This document shows, one piece after another, positions 50,501 to 62,500 of a stretch of DNA of 64,000 nucleotides; the stretch's first letter is position 1, and the number at the start of each line of letters is the position of its first letter. The notes beneath the pieces are model-generated. The model saw only the letters and a list, made by a program, of their open reading frames with translations. It did not search any database and was not told where the DNA came from. The position numbers and the translations under genes were made by a program. Where the stretch lies: NCBI GenBank assembly GCA_964016885.1, contig OZ024741.1, forward strand, positions 12,276,001 to 12,340,000. The letters run 5' to 3'. The stretch comes from Eledone cirrhosa (lineage: Eukaryota).

Positions 50501-53500
50501 AGGGGTATGTGGTTAGAATGTCTCAGGAGATCAGAGAATCACTCCAGGTAGAGCTGCTACTTCTCCGAATTGAGAGATCACAGCTCTGATATTAAGGGTA
50601 TATTGTTAGAATGTCTCAGGAGATCAGAGAGTCACTCCAGGTAGAGCTGCTACTACACTGAATTGAGAGATCACAGCTCTGATATTAAGGGTATGTGGTT
50701 AAAATGTCTCAGAAGATCAGAGAATCATTCCAGATAGAGCTGCTACTTCTCCGAATTGAGAGATCACAGCTCTGATATTAAGGGTATTTGGTTAAAATGT
50801 CTCAGGAGATCAGAGAATCATTCCAGATAGAGCTGCTACTTCTCTGAATTGAGAGATCACAGCTCTGATATTAAGGGTATGTGGTTAGAATGTCTCAGAA
50901 GATCAGAGAGTCACTCCAGGTAGAGCTCCTACTACTCCGAATTGAGAGATCACAGCTCTGATCTTAAGGGTATGTGGTTAGAATGTCTCAGGAGATCAGA
51001 GAGTCACTCCAGGTAGAGCTGCTACTTCTCCGAATTGAGAGATCACAGCTCTGATATTAAGGGTATGTGGTTAGAATGTCTCAGGAGATCAGAGAGTCAC
51101 TCCAGGTAGAGCTGCTACTTCTCCGAATTGAGAGATCACAGCTCTGATATTAAGGGTATGTGGTTAGAATGTCTCAGGAGATCAGAGAGTCACTCCAGGT
51201 AGAGCTGCTACTTCTCCTAATTGAGAGATCACAGCTCTGATATTAATGGTATGTGGTTAGAATGTCTCAGGAGATCAGAGAGTCATTCCAGGTAGAGCTG
51301 CTACTTCTCCGAATTGAGAGATCACAGCTCTGATATTAAGGGTACGTGGTTAGAATATCTCAGGAGATCAGAGAGTCATTCCAGGTAGATCTGCTACTTC
51401 TCCGAATTAAAAGATCACAGCTCTGATATTAAGGGTATGTGGTTTGAATGTCTCAGGAGATCAGAGAGTTATTCCAGGTAGAGCTGCTACTTCTCCAAAT
51501 TGACAGATTACAGCTCTGATATTAAGGGTATGTGGTTAGAATGTCTCAGGAGATCAGAGAGTCACTCCAGGTAGAGCGGCTACTACTCCGAATTGAGAGA
51601 TTACAGCTCTGATATTAAGGGTATGTGGTTAGAATGTCTCAGGAGATCAGAGAGTCACTCCAGGTAGAGCGGCTACTACTCCGAATTGAGAGATTACAGC
51701 TCTGATATTAAGGGTATGTGGTTAGAATGTCTCAGGAGATCAGAGAGTCTGTCCAGGTAGAGCTGCTACTTCTCCGAATTGAGAGATTACAGCTCTGATA
51801 TTAAGGGTATGTGGTTAGAATGTCTCAGGAGATCAGAGAGTCTGTCCAGGTAGAGCTGCTACCTCTCCGAATTGAGAGATCACAGCTCTGATATTAAGGG
51901 TATGTGGTTAGAATGTCTCAGGAGATCAGAGAGTCACTCCAGGTAGAGCGGCTACTTCTACGAATTGAGAGATTACAGCTCTGATATTAAGGGTATGTGG
52001 TTTGAATGTCTCAGGAGATCAGAGAATCACAACAGGTAGAGCTGCTACTCCTCCGATTTGAGATATCACATCTCTGATATTAAGGGTATGTGGTTAGAAT
52101 GTCTCTGGAGATGAGAGAGTCACTCCAGGTAGAGCTGCTACTTCTCCAACTTGAGAGATCACAGGCACTCATATTAAGGGTATGTGGTTAGAATGTCTCA
52201 GGAGATCAGAGAGTCACTCCAGATAGAGTGGCTACTACTCCAAATTGAGAGATTACAGCTCTGATATTAAGGGTATGTGGTTAGAATGTCTCAGGAGATC
52301 AGAGAGTCACTCCAGGTAGAGCTGCTACTTCTCCGAATTGAGAGATCACAGGTCTGATATTAAGGGTCTGCGGTTAGAATGTCTCAGGAGCTCCGAGATT
52401 CACTCCAGGTAGAGCTGCTACTTCTCCGAATTGAGAGATCACCGCTCTGATATTAAGGGTATGTGGTTAGAATGTCTCAGGAGATAAGAGAGTCATTCCA
52501 GGTAAAGCTGCTACTTCTCCGAATTGAGAGATCACAGCTCTGATATTAAGGGTATGTGGTTAGAATGTCTCAGGAGATCAGAGAGTCACTCCAGGTAGAG
52601 CTGCTACTTCTCCAAATTGAGAGATCACAGCTCTGATATTAGGGGTATGTGGTTAGAATGTCTCAGGAGATCAGAGAATCACTCCAGGTAGAGCTGCTAC
52701 TTCTCCGAATTGAGAGATCACAGCTCTGATATTAAGGGTATATTGTAAGAATGTCTCAGGAGATCAGAGATTCACTCCAGGTAGAGCTGCTACTACACTG
52801 AATTGAGAGATCACAGCTCTGATATTAAGGGTATGTGGTTAGAATGTCTCAGGAGATCAGAGAGTCATTCCCGGTAGAGCTGCTACTTCTCCGAATTGAG
52901 AGATCACAGCTCTGATATTAAGGGTACGTGGTTAGAATATCTCAGGAGATCAGAGAGTCATTCCAGGTAGATCTGCTACTTCTCCGAATTGAAAGATCCC
53001 AGCTCTGATATTATGGGTATGTGGTTAGAATGTCTCAGGAGATCAGAGAGTTATTCCAGGTAGAGTTGCTACTTCTCCAAATTGACAGATTACAGCTCTG
53101 ATATTAATGGTATGTGGTTAGAATGTCTCAGGAGATCAGAGAGTCACTCCAGGTAGAACTGCTACTTCTCCAAATTGAGAGATCACAGCTCTGATATTAA
53201 GGGTATGTGGTTAGAATGTCTCAGGAGATCAGAGAGTCACTCCAGGTAGAGCTGCTACTTCTCCGACTTGAGAGATCACAGGCACTCATATTAAGGGTAT
53301 GTGGTTATGTCTCAGGAGATCAGAGAGTCACTCCAGATAGAGTGGCTACTACTCCGAATTGAGAGATTACAGCTCTGATATTAAGGGTATGTGGTTAGAA
53401 TGTCTCAGGAGATCAGAGAGTCACTCCAGGTAGAGCTGCTACTTCTCCGAATTGAGAGATCACAGGTCTGATATTAAGGGTCTGTGGTTAGAATGTCTCA

Positions 53501-56500
53501 GGAGCTCCGAGATTCACTCCAGGTAGAGCTGCTACTTCTCCGAATTGAGAGATCACCGCTCTGATATTAAGGGTATGTGGTTAGAATGTCTCAGGAGATC
53601 AGAGAGTCACTCCAGGTAGAGCTGCTACTTCTCCGACTTGAGAGATCACAGCTCTGATATTAGGGGTATGTGGTTAGAATGTCTCAGGAGATCAGAGAAT
53701 CACTCCAGGTAGAGCTGCTACTTCTCCGAATTGAGAGATCACAGCTCTGATATTAAGGGTATATTGTTAGAATGTCTCAGGAGATCAGAGAGTCACTCCA
53801 GGTAGAGCTGCTACTACACTGAATTGAGAGATCACAGCTCTGATATTAAGGGTATGTGGTTAAAATGTCTCAGAAGATCAGAGAATCATTCCAGATAGAG
53901 CTGCTACTTCTCCGAATTGAGAGATCACAGCTCTGATATTAAGGGTATGTGGTTAAAATGTCTCAGGAGATCAGAGAATCATTCCAGATAGAGCTGCTAC
54001 TTCTCGGAATTGAGAGATCACAGCTCTGATATTAAGGGTATGTGGTTAGAATGTCTCAGAAGATCAGAGAGTCACTCCAGGTAGAGCTCCTACTACTCCG
54101 AATTGAGAGATCACAGCTCTGATCTTAAGGGTATGTGGTTAGAATGTCTCAGGAGATCAGAGAGTCACTCCAGGTAGAGCTGCTACTTCTCCGAATTGAG
54201 AGATCACAGCTCTGATATTAAGGGTATGTGGTTAGAATGTCTCAGGAGATCAGAGAGTCGCTCCAGGTAGAGCTGCTACTTCTCCGAATTGAGAGATCAC
54301 AGCTCTGATATTAAGGGTATGAGGTTAGAATGTCTCAGGAGATCAGAGAGTCACTCCAGGTAGAGCTGCTACTTCTCCGAATTGAGAGATCACAGCTCTG
54401 ATATTAAGTTTATGTGGTTAGAATGTCTCAGGAGATCAGAGATTCACTCCAAGTAGAGCTGCTACTTCTCCGAATTGAGAAATCACAGCTCTGATATTAA
54501 GGGTATGCGGTTAGAATGTCTCAGGAGATCAGAGAGTCATTCCAGGTAGAGCTGCTACTTCTCCGAATTGAGAGACCACAGCTCTGATATTAAGGGTATG
54601 TGGTTAGAATGTCTCAGGAGATCAGACAGTCACCCCAGGTAGAGCTGCTACTTCTCTGAATTGAGAGATTACAGCTCTGATATTAAGGGTATGTGGTTAG
54701 AATGTCTCAGGAGATCAGAGAGTCACTCCAGGTAGAACTGCTACTTCTGCAAATTGAGAGATCACAGTTCTGATATTAAGTGTATGGGGTTAGAATGTCT
54801 CAGGAGGTCAGAGAGTCATTCCAGATAGAGCTGCTACTTCTCCGAATTGAGAGATCACAGCTCTGATATTAGGGGTATGTGGTTAGAATGTCTCAGGAAA
54901 TCAGAGAGTCACTCCAGGTAGAGTTGCTATTTCTCTGAATTGAGAGATCACAGCTCTGATATTAAGGGTATGTGGTTAGAATGTCTCAGGAGATCAGAGA
55001 GTCATTCCAGATAGAGCTGCTGCTTCTCCGAATTGAGAGATCACAGCTCTGATATTAAGGGTATGTGGTTAGAATGTCTCAGGAGATCAGAGCATCACAA
55101 CAGGTAGAGCAGCTACTCCTCCGATTTGAGATATCATATCTCTGATATTAAGGGTATGTGGTTAGAATGTCTCTGGAGATCAGAGAGTAACTCCAGGTAG
55201 AGCTGCTACTTCTCCGACTTGAGAGATCACAGCTCTGATATTAAGGGTAGTGGGTTAGAATGTCTCAGGAGATCAGAGAGTCATTCCAGGTACAGCTGCT
55301 ACTTCTCAGAATTGAGAGATCACTGCTCTGAGATTAAGGGTATGTGGTTAGAATGTCTCAGGAGATCAGAGAGTCATTCCAGGTAGAGATGCTACTACTC
55401 CGAATTGAGAGATCACAGCTCTGATATTAAGGGTATGTGGTTAGAATGTCTCAGGAGATCAGAGTGTCACTCCAGGTAGAGCTGCTACTTTTCCGAATTG
55501 AGAGATCACAGCTCTGATATTAAGGGTTAGAATGTCTCCGAAGATCAGAGAGTCATTCAAGGTAAAGTTCCTACTTCTCCGAATTGAGAGATCACAGTTC
55601 TGATATTAAGGGTATCTGGTTAGAATATCTCAGGATATCAGATAGTCATTCCAGGTAGAGCTGCTACTTCTCCGAATTGAAAGATCACAGCTCTGATATT
55701 ACGGGTATGTGGTTAGAATGTCTCAGGAGATCAGAGAGTTATTCCAGATAGAGCTGCAACTTCTCCGAATTGAGAGATCACAGCTCTGATATTAGGGGTA
55801 TGTGGTTAGAATGTCTCAGGAAATCAGAGAGTCACTCCAGGTAGAGCTGCTACTTCTCCGAATTGAGAGATCACAGCTCTGATATTAAGGGTATGTGGTT
55901 AGAATGTCTCACGAGATCAGAGAGTCACTCCAGGTAGAGCTGCTACTTCTCCGAATTGAGAGATCACAGCTTTGATATTAAGGGTATGTGGTTAGAATGT
56001 CCCAGGAGATCAGAGAGTCACTCCAGGTAGAGCTGCTACTTCTCCGAATTGAGAGATCACAACTCTGATATTAAGGGTAAGTGGTTAGAATGTCTCCGAA
56101 GATCAGAGAGTTATTCAAGGTAAACTTCCTACTTCTCCGAATTGAGAGATCACAGCTCTGATATTAATGGTATGTGGTTAGAATGTCTCAGGAGATCAGA
56201 GAGTCACTCCAGGTAGAGCTGCTACTTCTCCGAATTGAGAGATCACAGCTCTGATATTAAGTTTATGGGGTTAGAATGTCTCAGAAGGTCAGAGAGTCAT
56301 GCCAGATAGAGCTGCTACTTCTACGAAAAGAGAGATCACAGCTCTGATATTAGGGGTATGTGGTTAGAATGTCTCAGGAAATCAGAGAGTCACTCCAGGT
56401 AGAGTTGCTATTTCTCTGAATTGAGAGATCACAACTCTGATATTAAGGGTATGTGGTTAGAATGTCTCAGGAGATCAGAGAGTCATTCCAGATAGAGCTA

Positions 56501-59500
56501 CTGCTTCTCCCAATTGAGAGATCACAGCTCTGATATTAAGGGTATGTGGTTAGAATGTCTCAGGAGATCAGAGCATCACAACAGGTAGAGCAGCTACTCC
56601 TCCGATTTGAGATATCACATCTCTGATATTAAGGGTATGTGGTTAGAATGTCTCAGGAGATCAGAGAGTCACTCCAGCGAGAGCTGCTACTTCTCCGAAT
56701 TGAGAGATCACAGCTCTGATATTAAGTTTATGTGGTTAGAATGTCTCAGGAGATCAGAGATTCACTCCAAGTAGAGCTGCTACTTCTCCGAATTGAGAGA
56801 TCACAGCTCTGATATTAAGGGTATGTGGTTAGAATGTCTCAGGAGATCAGAGAGTCATTCCAGGTAGAGCTGCTACTTCTCCGAATTGAGAGACCACAGC
56901 TCTGATATTAAGGGTATGTGGTTAGAATGTCTCAGGAGATCAGACAGTCACTCCAGGTAGAGCTGCTACTTCTCTGAATTGAGAGATTACAGCTCTGATA
57001 TTAAGGGTATGTGGTTAGAATGTCTCAGGAGATCAGAGAGTCACTCCAGGTAGAACTGCTACTTCTGCAAATTGAGAGATCACAGTTCTGATATTAAGTG
57101 TATGGGGTTAGAATGTCTCAGGAGGTCAGAGAGTCATTCCAGATAGAGCTGCTACTTCTCCGAATTGAGAGATCACAGCTCTGATATTAGGGGTATGTGG
57201 TTAGAATGTCTCAGGAAATCAGAGAGTCACTCCAGGTAGAGTTGCTATTTCTCTGAATTGAGAGATCACAGCTCTGATATTAAGGGTATGTGGTTAGAAT
57301 GTCTCAGGAGATCAGAGAGTCATTCCAGATAGAGCTGCTGCTTCTCCGAATTGAGAGATCACAGTTCTGATATTAAGGGTATGTGGTTAGAATGTCTCAG
57401 GAGATCAGAGCATCACAACAGGTAGAGCAGCTACTCCTCCGATTTGAGATATCATATCTCTGATATTAAGGGTATGTGGTTAGAATGTCTCTGGAGATCA
57501 GAGAGTCACTCCAGGTAGAGCTGCTACTTCTCCGACTTGAGGGATCACAGCTCTGATATTAAGGGTAGTGGGTTAGAATGTCTCAGGAGATCAGAGAGTC
57601 ATTCCAGGTACAGCTGCTACTTCTCAGAATTGAGAGATCACTGCTCTGATATTAAGGGTATGTGGTTAGAATGTCTCAGGAGATCAGAGAGTCATTCCAG
57701 GTAGAGATGCTACTACTCCGAATTGAGAGATCACAGCTCTGATATTAAGGGTATGTGGTTAGAATGTCTCAGGAGGTCAGAGAGTCACTCCAGGTAGAGC
57801 TGCTACTTCTCCGAATTGAGAGATCACAGCTCTGATATTAAGGGTATGTGGTTAGAATGTCTCAGGAGATCAGAGAGTCACTCCAGGTAGAGCGGCTACT
57901 AATCCAAATTGAGAGATTACAGCTCTGATATTAAGGGAATGTGGTTAGAATGTCTCAGGAGATCAGAGAGTCACTCCAGGTAGAGCTGCTACTTCTCCGA
58001 ATTGAGAGATCACAGCTCTGATATTAATGGTATGTGGTTAGAATGTCTCAGGAGATCAGAGAGTCATTCCAGGTAGAGCTGCTACTTCTCCGAATTGAGA
58101 GATCACAGCTCTGATATTAAGGGTATGTGGTTAGAATATCTCAGGAGATCAGAGAGTCATTCCAGGTAGATCTCCTACTTCTTCGAATTGAAGATCACAG
58201 CTCTGATATTACGGGTATGTGGTTAGAATGTCTCAGGAGATCAGAGAGTCATTTCAGGTAGAGCTGCTACTTCTCCAAATTGAGATATTACAGCTCTGAT
58301 ATTAGGGGTATGTGGTTAGAATGTCTCAGGAGATCAGAGAGTCATTCCAGGTAGAGATGCTACTACTCCGAATTGAGAGATCACAGCTTGATATTAAGGG
58401 TATGTGGTTAGAATGTCTCAGGAGATCAGAGAGTCACTCCAGGTAGAGCTGCTACTTCTCCGAATTGAGAGATCACAGCTCTGATATTAAGGGTATGTGG
58501 TTAGAATGTCTCAGGAGATCAGAGAGTCATTCCAGGTAGAGCTGCTACTTCTACGAATTGAGAGATCACAGTTCTGATAATAAGGGTATGTGGTTAGAAT
58601 GTCTCAGGAGATCAGAGAGTCACTCCAGGTAGAGCTGCTACTTCTCCGAATTGAGAGATCACAGCTCTGATATTAATGGTATGTGGTTAGAATGTCTCAG
58701 GAGATCAGAGAGTCATTCCAGGTAGAGCTGCTACTTCTCCGAATTGAGAGATCACAGCTCTGATATTAAGGGTATGTGGTTAGAATATCTCAGGAGATCA
58801 GAGAGTCATTCCAGGTAGATCTCCTACTTCTTCGAATTTGAAGATCACAGCTCTGATATTACGGGTATGTGGTTAGAATGTCTCAGGAGATCAGAGAGTC
58901 ATTCCAGGTAGAGCTGCTACTTCTCCAAATTGAGATATTACAGCTCTGATATTAGGGGTATGTGGTTAGAATGTCTCAGGAGATCAGAGAGTCACTCCAG
59001 GTAGAACTGCTACTTCCCCAAATTGAGAGATCACAGCTCTGATATTAACGGTATGTGGTTAGAATGTCTCAGGAGATCAGAGAGTCACTCCAGGTAGAGC
59101 GGCTACTAATCCAAATTGAGAGATTACAGCTCTGATATTAAGGGTATGTGGTTAGAATGTCTCAGGAGATGAGAGAGTCACTCCAGGTGGAACTGCTACT
59201 TCTCCAAATTGAGAGATCACAGTTCTGATATTAAGGGTATGTGGTTAGAATGTCTCAGGAGATCAGAGAGTCACTCCAGGTAGAGCTGCTACTTCTCCGG
59301 ATTGAGAGATCACAGCTCTGATATTAAGGGTATGTGGTTAGAATGTCTCAGGAGATCAGAGAGTCAGTTCAGGTAGAGATGCTTCTTCTCCGAATTGAGA
59401 GATCACAGCTCTGATATTAAGGGTATGTGGTTAGAATGTCTCAGGAGATCAGAGAGTCACTCCAGGTAGAGCAGCTACTTCTCCAAATTGAGAGATCACA

Positions 59501-62500
59501 GCTCTGATATTAAGGGTATGTGGTTAGAATGTCTCAGGAGATCAGAGAGTCACTCCAGGTAGAACTGCTACTTCTGCAAATTGAGAGATCACAGTTCTGA
59601 TAGTAAGTGTATGGGGTTAGAATGTCTCAGGAGGTCAGAGAGTCATTCCAGATAGAGCTGCTACTTCTCCGAATTGAGAGATCACAGCTCTGATATTAGG
59701 GGTATGTGGTTAGAATGTCTCAGGAAATCAGAGAGTCACTCCAGGTAGAGTTGCTATTTCTCTGAATTGAGAGATCACAGCTCTGATATTAAGGGTATGT
59801 GGTTAGAATGTCTCAGGAGATCAGAGAGTCATTCCAGATAGAGCTGCTGCTTCTCCGAATTGAGAGATCACAGCTCTGATATTAAGGGTATGTGGTTAGA
59901 ATGTCTCAGGAGATCAGAGCATCACAACAGGTAGAGCAGCTACTCCTCCGATTTGAGATATCATATCTCTGATATTAAGGGTATGTGGTTAGAATGTCTC
60001 TGGAGATCAGAGAGTCACTCCAGGTAGAGCTGCTACTTCTCCGACTTGAGGGATCACAGCTCTGATATTAAGGGTAGTGGGTTAGAATGTCTCAGGAGAT
60101 CAGAGAGTCATTCCAGGTACAGCTGCTACTTCTCAGAATTGAGAGATCACTGCTCTGATATTAGGGGTATGTGGTTAGAATGTCTCAGGAGATCAGAGAG
60201 TCATTCCAGGTAGAGATGCTACTACTCCGAATTGAGAGATCACAGCTCTGATATTAAGGGTATGTGGTTAGAATGTCTCAGGAGATCAGAGAGTAACTCC
60301 AGGTAGAGCTGCTACTTCTCCGAATTGAGAGATCACAGCTCTGATATTAAGGGTATGTGGTTAGAATGTCTCAGGAGATCAGAGAGTCATTCCAGGTAGA
60401 GCTGCTACTTCTACGAATTGAGAGATCACAGTTCTGATAATAAGGGTATGTGGTTAGAATGTCTCAGGAGATCAGAGAGTCACTCCAGGTAGAGCTGCTA
60501 CTTCTCCGAATTGAGAGATCACAGCTCTGATATTAATGGTATGTGGTTAGAATGTCTCAGGAGATCAGAGTGTCATTCCAGGTAGATCTCCTACTTCTTC
60601 GAATTGAAGATCACAGCTCTGATATTACGGGTATGTGGTTAGAATGTCTCAGGAGATCAGAGAGTCATTTCAGGTAGAGCTGCTACTTCTCCAAATTGAG
60701 ATATTACAGCTCTGATATTAGGGGTATGTGGTTAGAATGTCTCAGGAGATCAGAGAGTCATTCCAGGTAGAGATGCTACTACTCCGAATTGAGAGATCAC
60801 AGCTCTGATATTAAGGGTATGTGGTTAGAATGTCTCAGGAGATCAGAGAGTCACTCCAGGTAGAGCTGCTACTTCTCCGAATTGAGAGATCACAGCTCTG
60901 ATATTAAGGGTATGTGGTTAGAATGTCTCAGGAGATCAGAGAGTCATTCCAGGTAGAGCTGCTACTTCTCCGAATTGAGAGATCACAGCTCTGATATTAA
61001 GGGTATGTGGTTAGAATATCTCAGGAGATCAGAGAGTCATTCCAGGTAGATCTCCTACTTCTTCGAATTTGAAGATCACAGCTCTGATATTACGGGTATG
61101 TGGTTAGAATGTCTCAGGAGATCAGAGAGTCATTCCAGGTAGAGCTGCTACTTCTCCAAATTGAGAGATCACAGCTCTGATATTAAGGGTATGTGGTTAG
61201 AATGTCTCAGGAGATCAGAGAGTCATTCCAGGTAGAGCTGCTACTTCTCCAAATTGAGAGATCACAGCTCTGATATTAAGGGTATGTGGTTAGAATGTCT
61301 CAGGAGATCAGAGAGTCATTCCAGGTAGAGCTGCTACTTCTCCAAATTGAGAGATCACAGCTCTGATATTAAGGGTATGTGGTTAGAATGTCTCAGGAGA
61401 TCAGAGAGTCACTCCAGGTAGAGCTGCTACTAATCCAAATTGAGACATTACAGCTCTGATATTAAGGGTATGTGGTTAGAATGTCTCAGGAGATCAGAGA
61501 GTCAGTCCAGGTAGAGATGCTTCTTCTCCGAATTGAGAGATCACAGCTCTGATATTAAGGGTATGTGGTTAGAATGTCTCAGGAGATCAGAGAGTCACTC
61601 CAGGTAGAGCAGCTACTTCTCCAAATTGAGATATCACAGCTCTGATATTAAGGGTAGTGGGTTAGAATGTCTCATGAGATCAGAGAGTCACTCCAGATAG
61701 AGTGGCTACTACTCCGAATTGAGAGATTACAGCTCTGATATTAAGGGTATGTGGTTAGAATGTCTCAGGAGATCAGAGAGTCATTCCAGGTAGAGCTGCT
61801 ACTTTTCCGAATTGAGAGATCACAGCTCTGATATTAAGGGTATGTGGTTAAAATGTCTCAGAAGATCAGAAAATCATTCCAGATAGAGCTGCTACTTCTC
61901 CGAATTGAGAGATCACAGCTCTGATATTAAGGGTATGTGGTTAGAATGTCTCAGAAGATCAGAGAGTCACTCCATGTAGAGCTCCTACTACCCCGAATTG
62001 AGAGATCACAGCTCTGATATTAAGGGTATGTGGTTAGAATGTCTCAGGAGATCAGAGAGTCACTCCAGGTAGAGCTGCTACTTCTCCGAATTGAGAGATC
62101 ACAGCTCTGATATTAAGGGTATGTGGTTAGAATGTCTCAGGAGATCAGAGAGTCACTCCAGGTAGAGATGCTACTTCTCCGAATTGAGAGATCACAGCTC
62201 TGATATTAAGGGTATGAGGTTAGAATGTCTCAGGAGATCAGAGAGTCACTCCAGGTAGAGCTGCTACTTCTCCGAATTGAGAGATCACAGCTCTGATATT
62301 AAGGGTATGAGGTTAGAATGTCTCAGGAGATCAGAGAGTCACTCCAGGTAGAGCTGCTACTTCTCCGAATTGAGAGATCACAGCTCTGATATCAAGGGTA
62401 TGAGGTCAGAATGTCTCAGCAGATCAGAGAGTCACTCCAGTTAGAGCTGCTACTTCTCCGAATTGAGAGATCACAGCTCTGATATTAAGGGTATGAGGTT

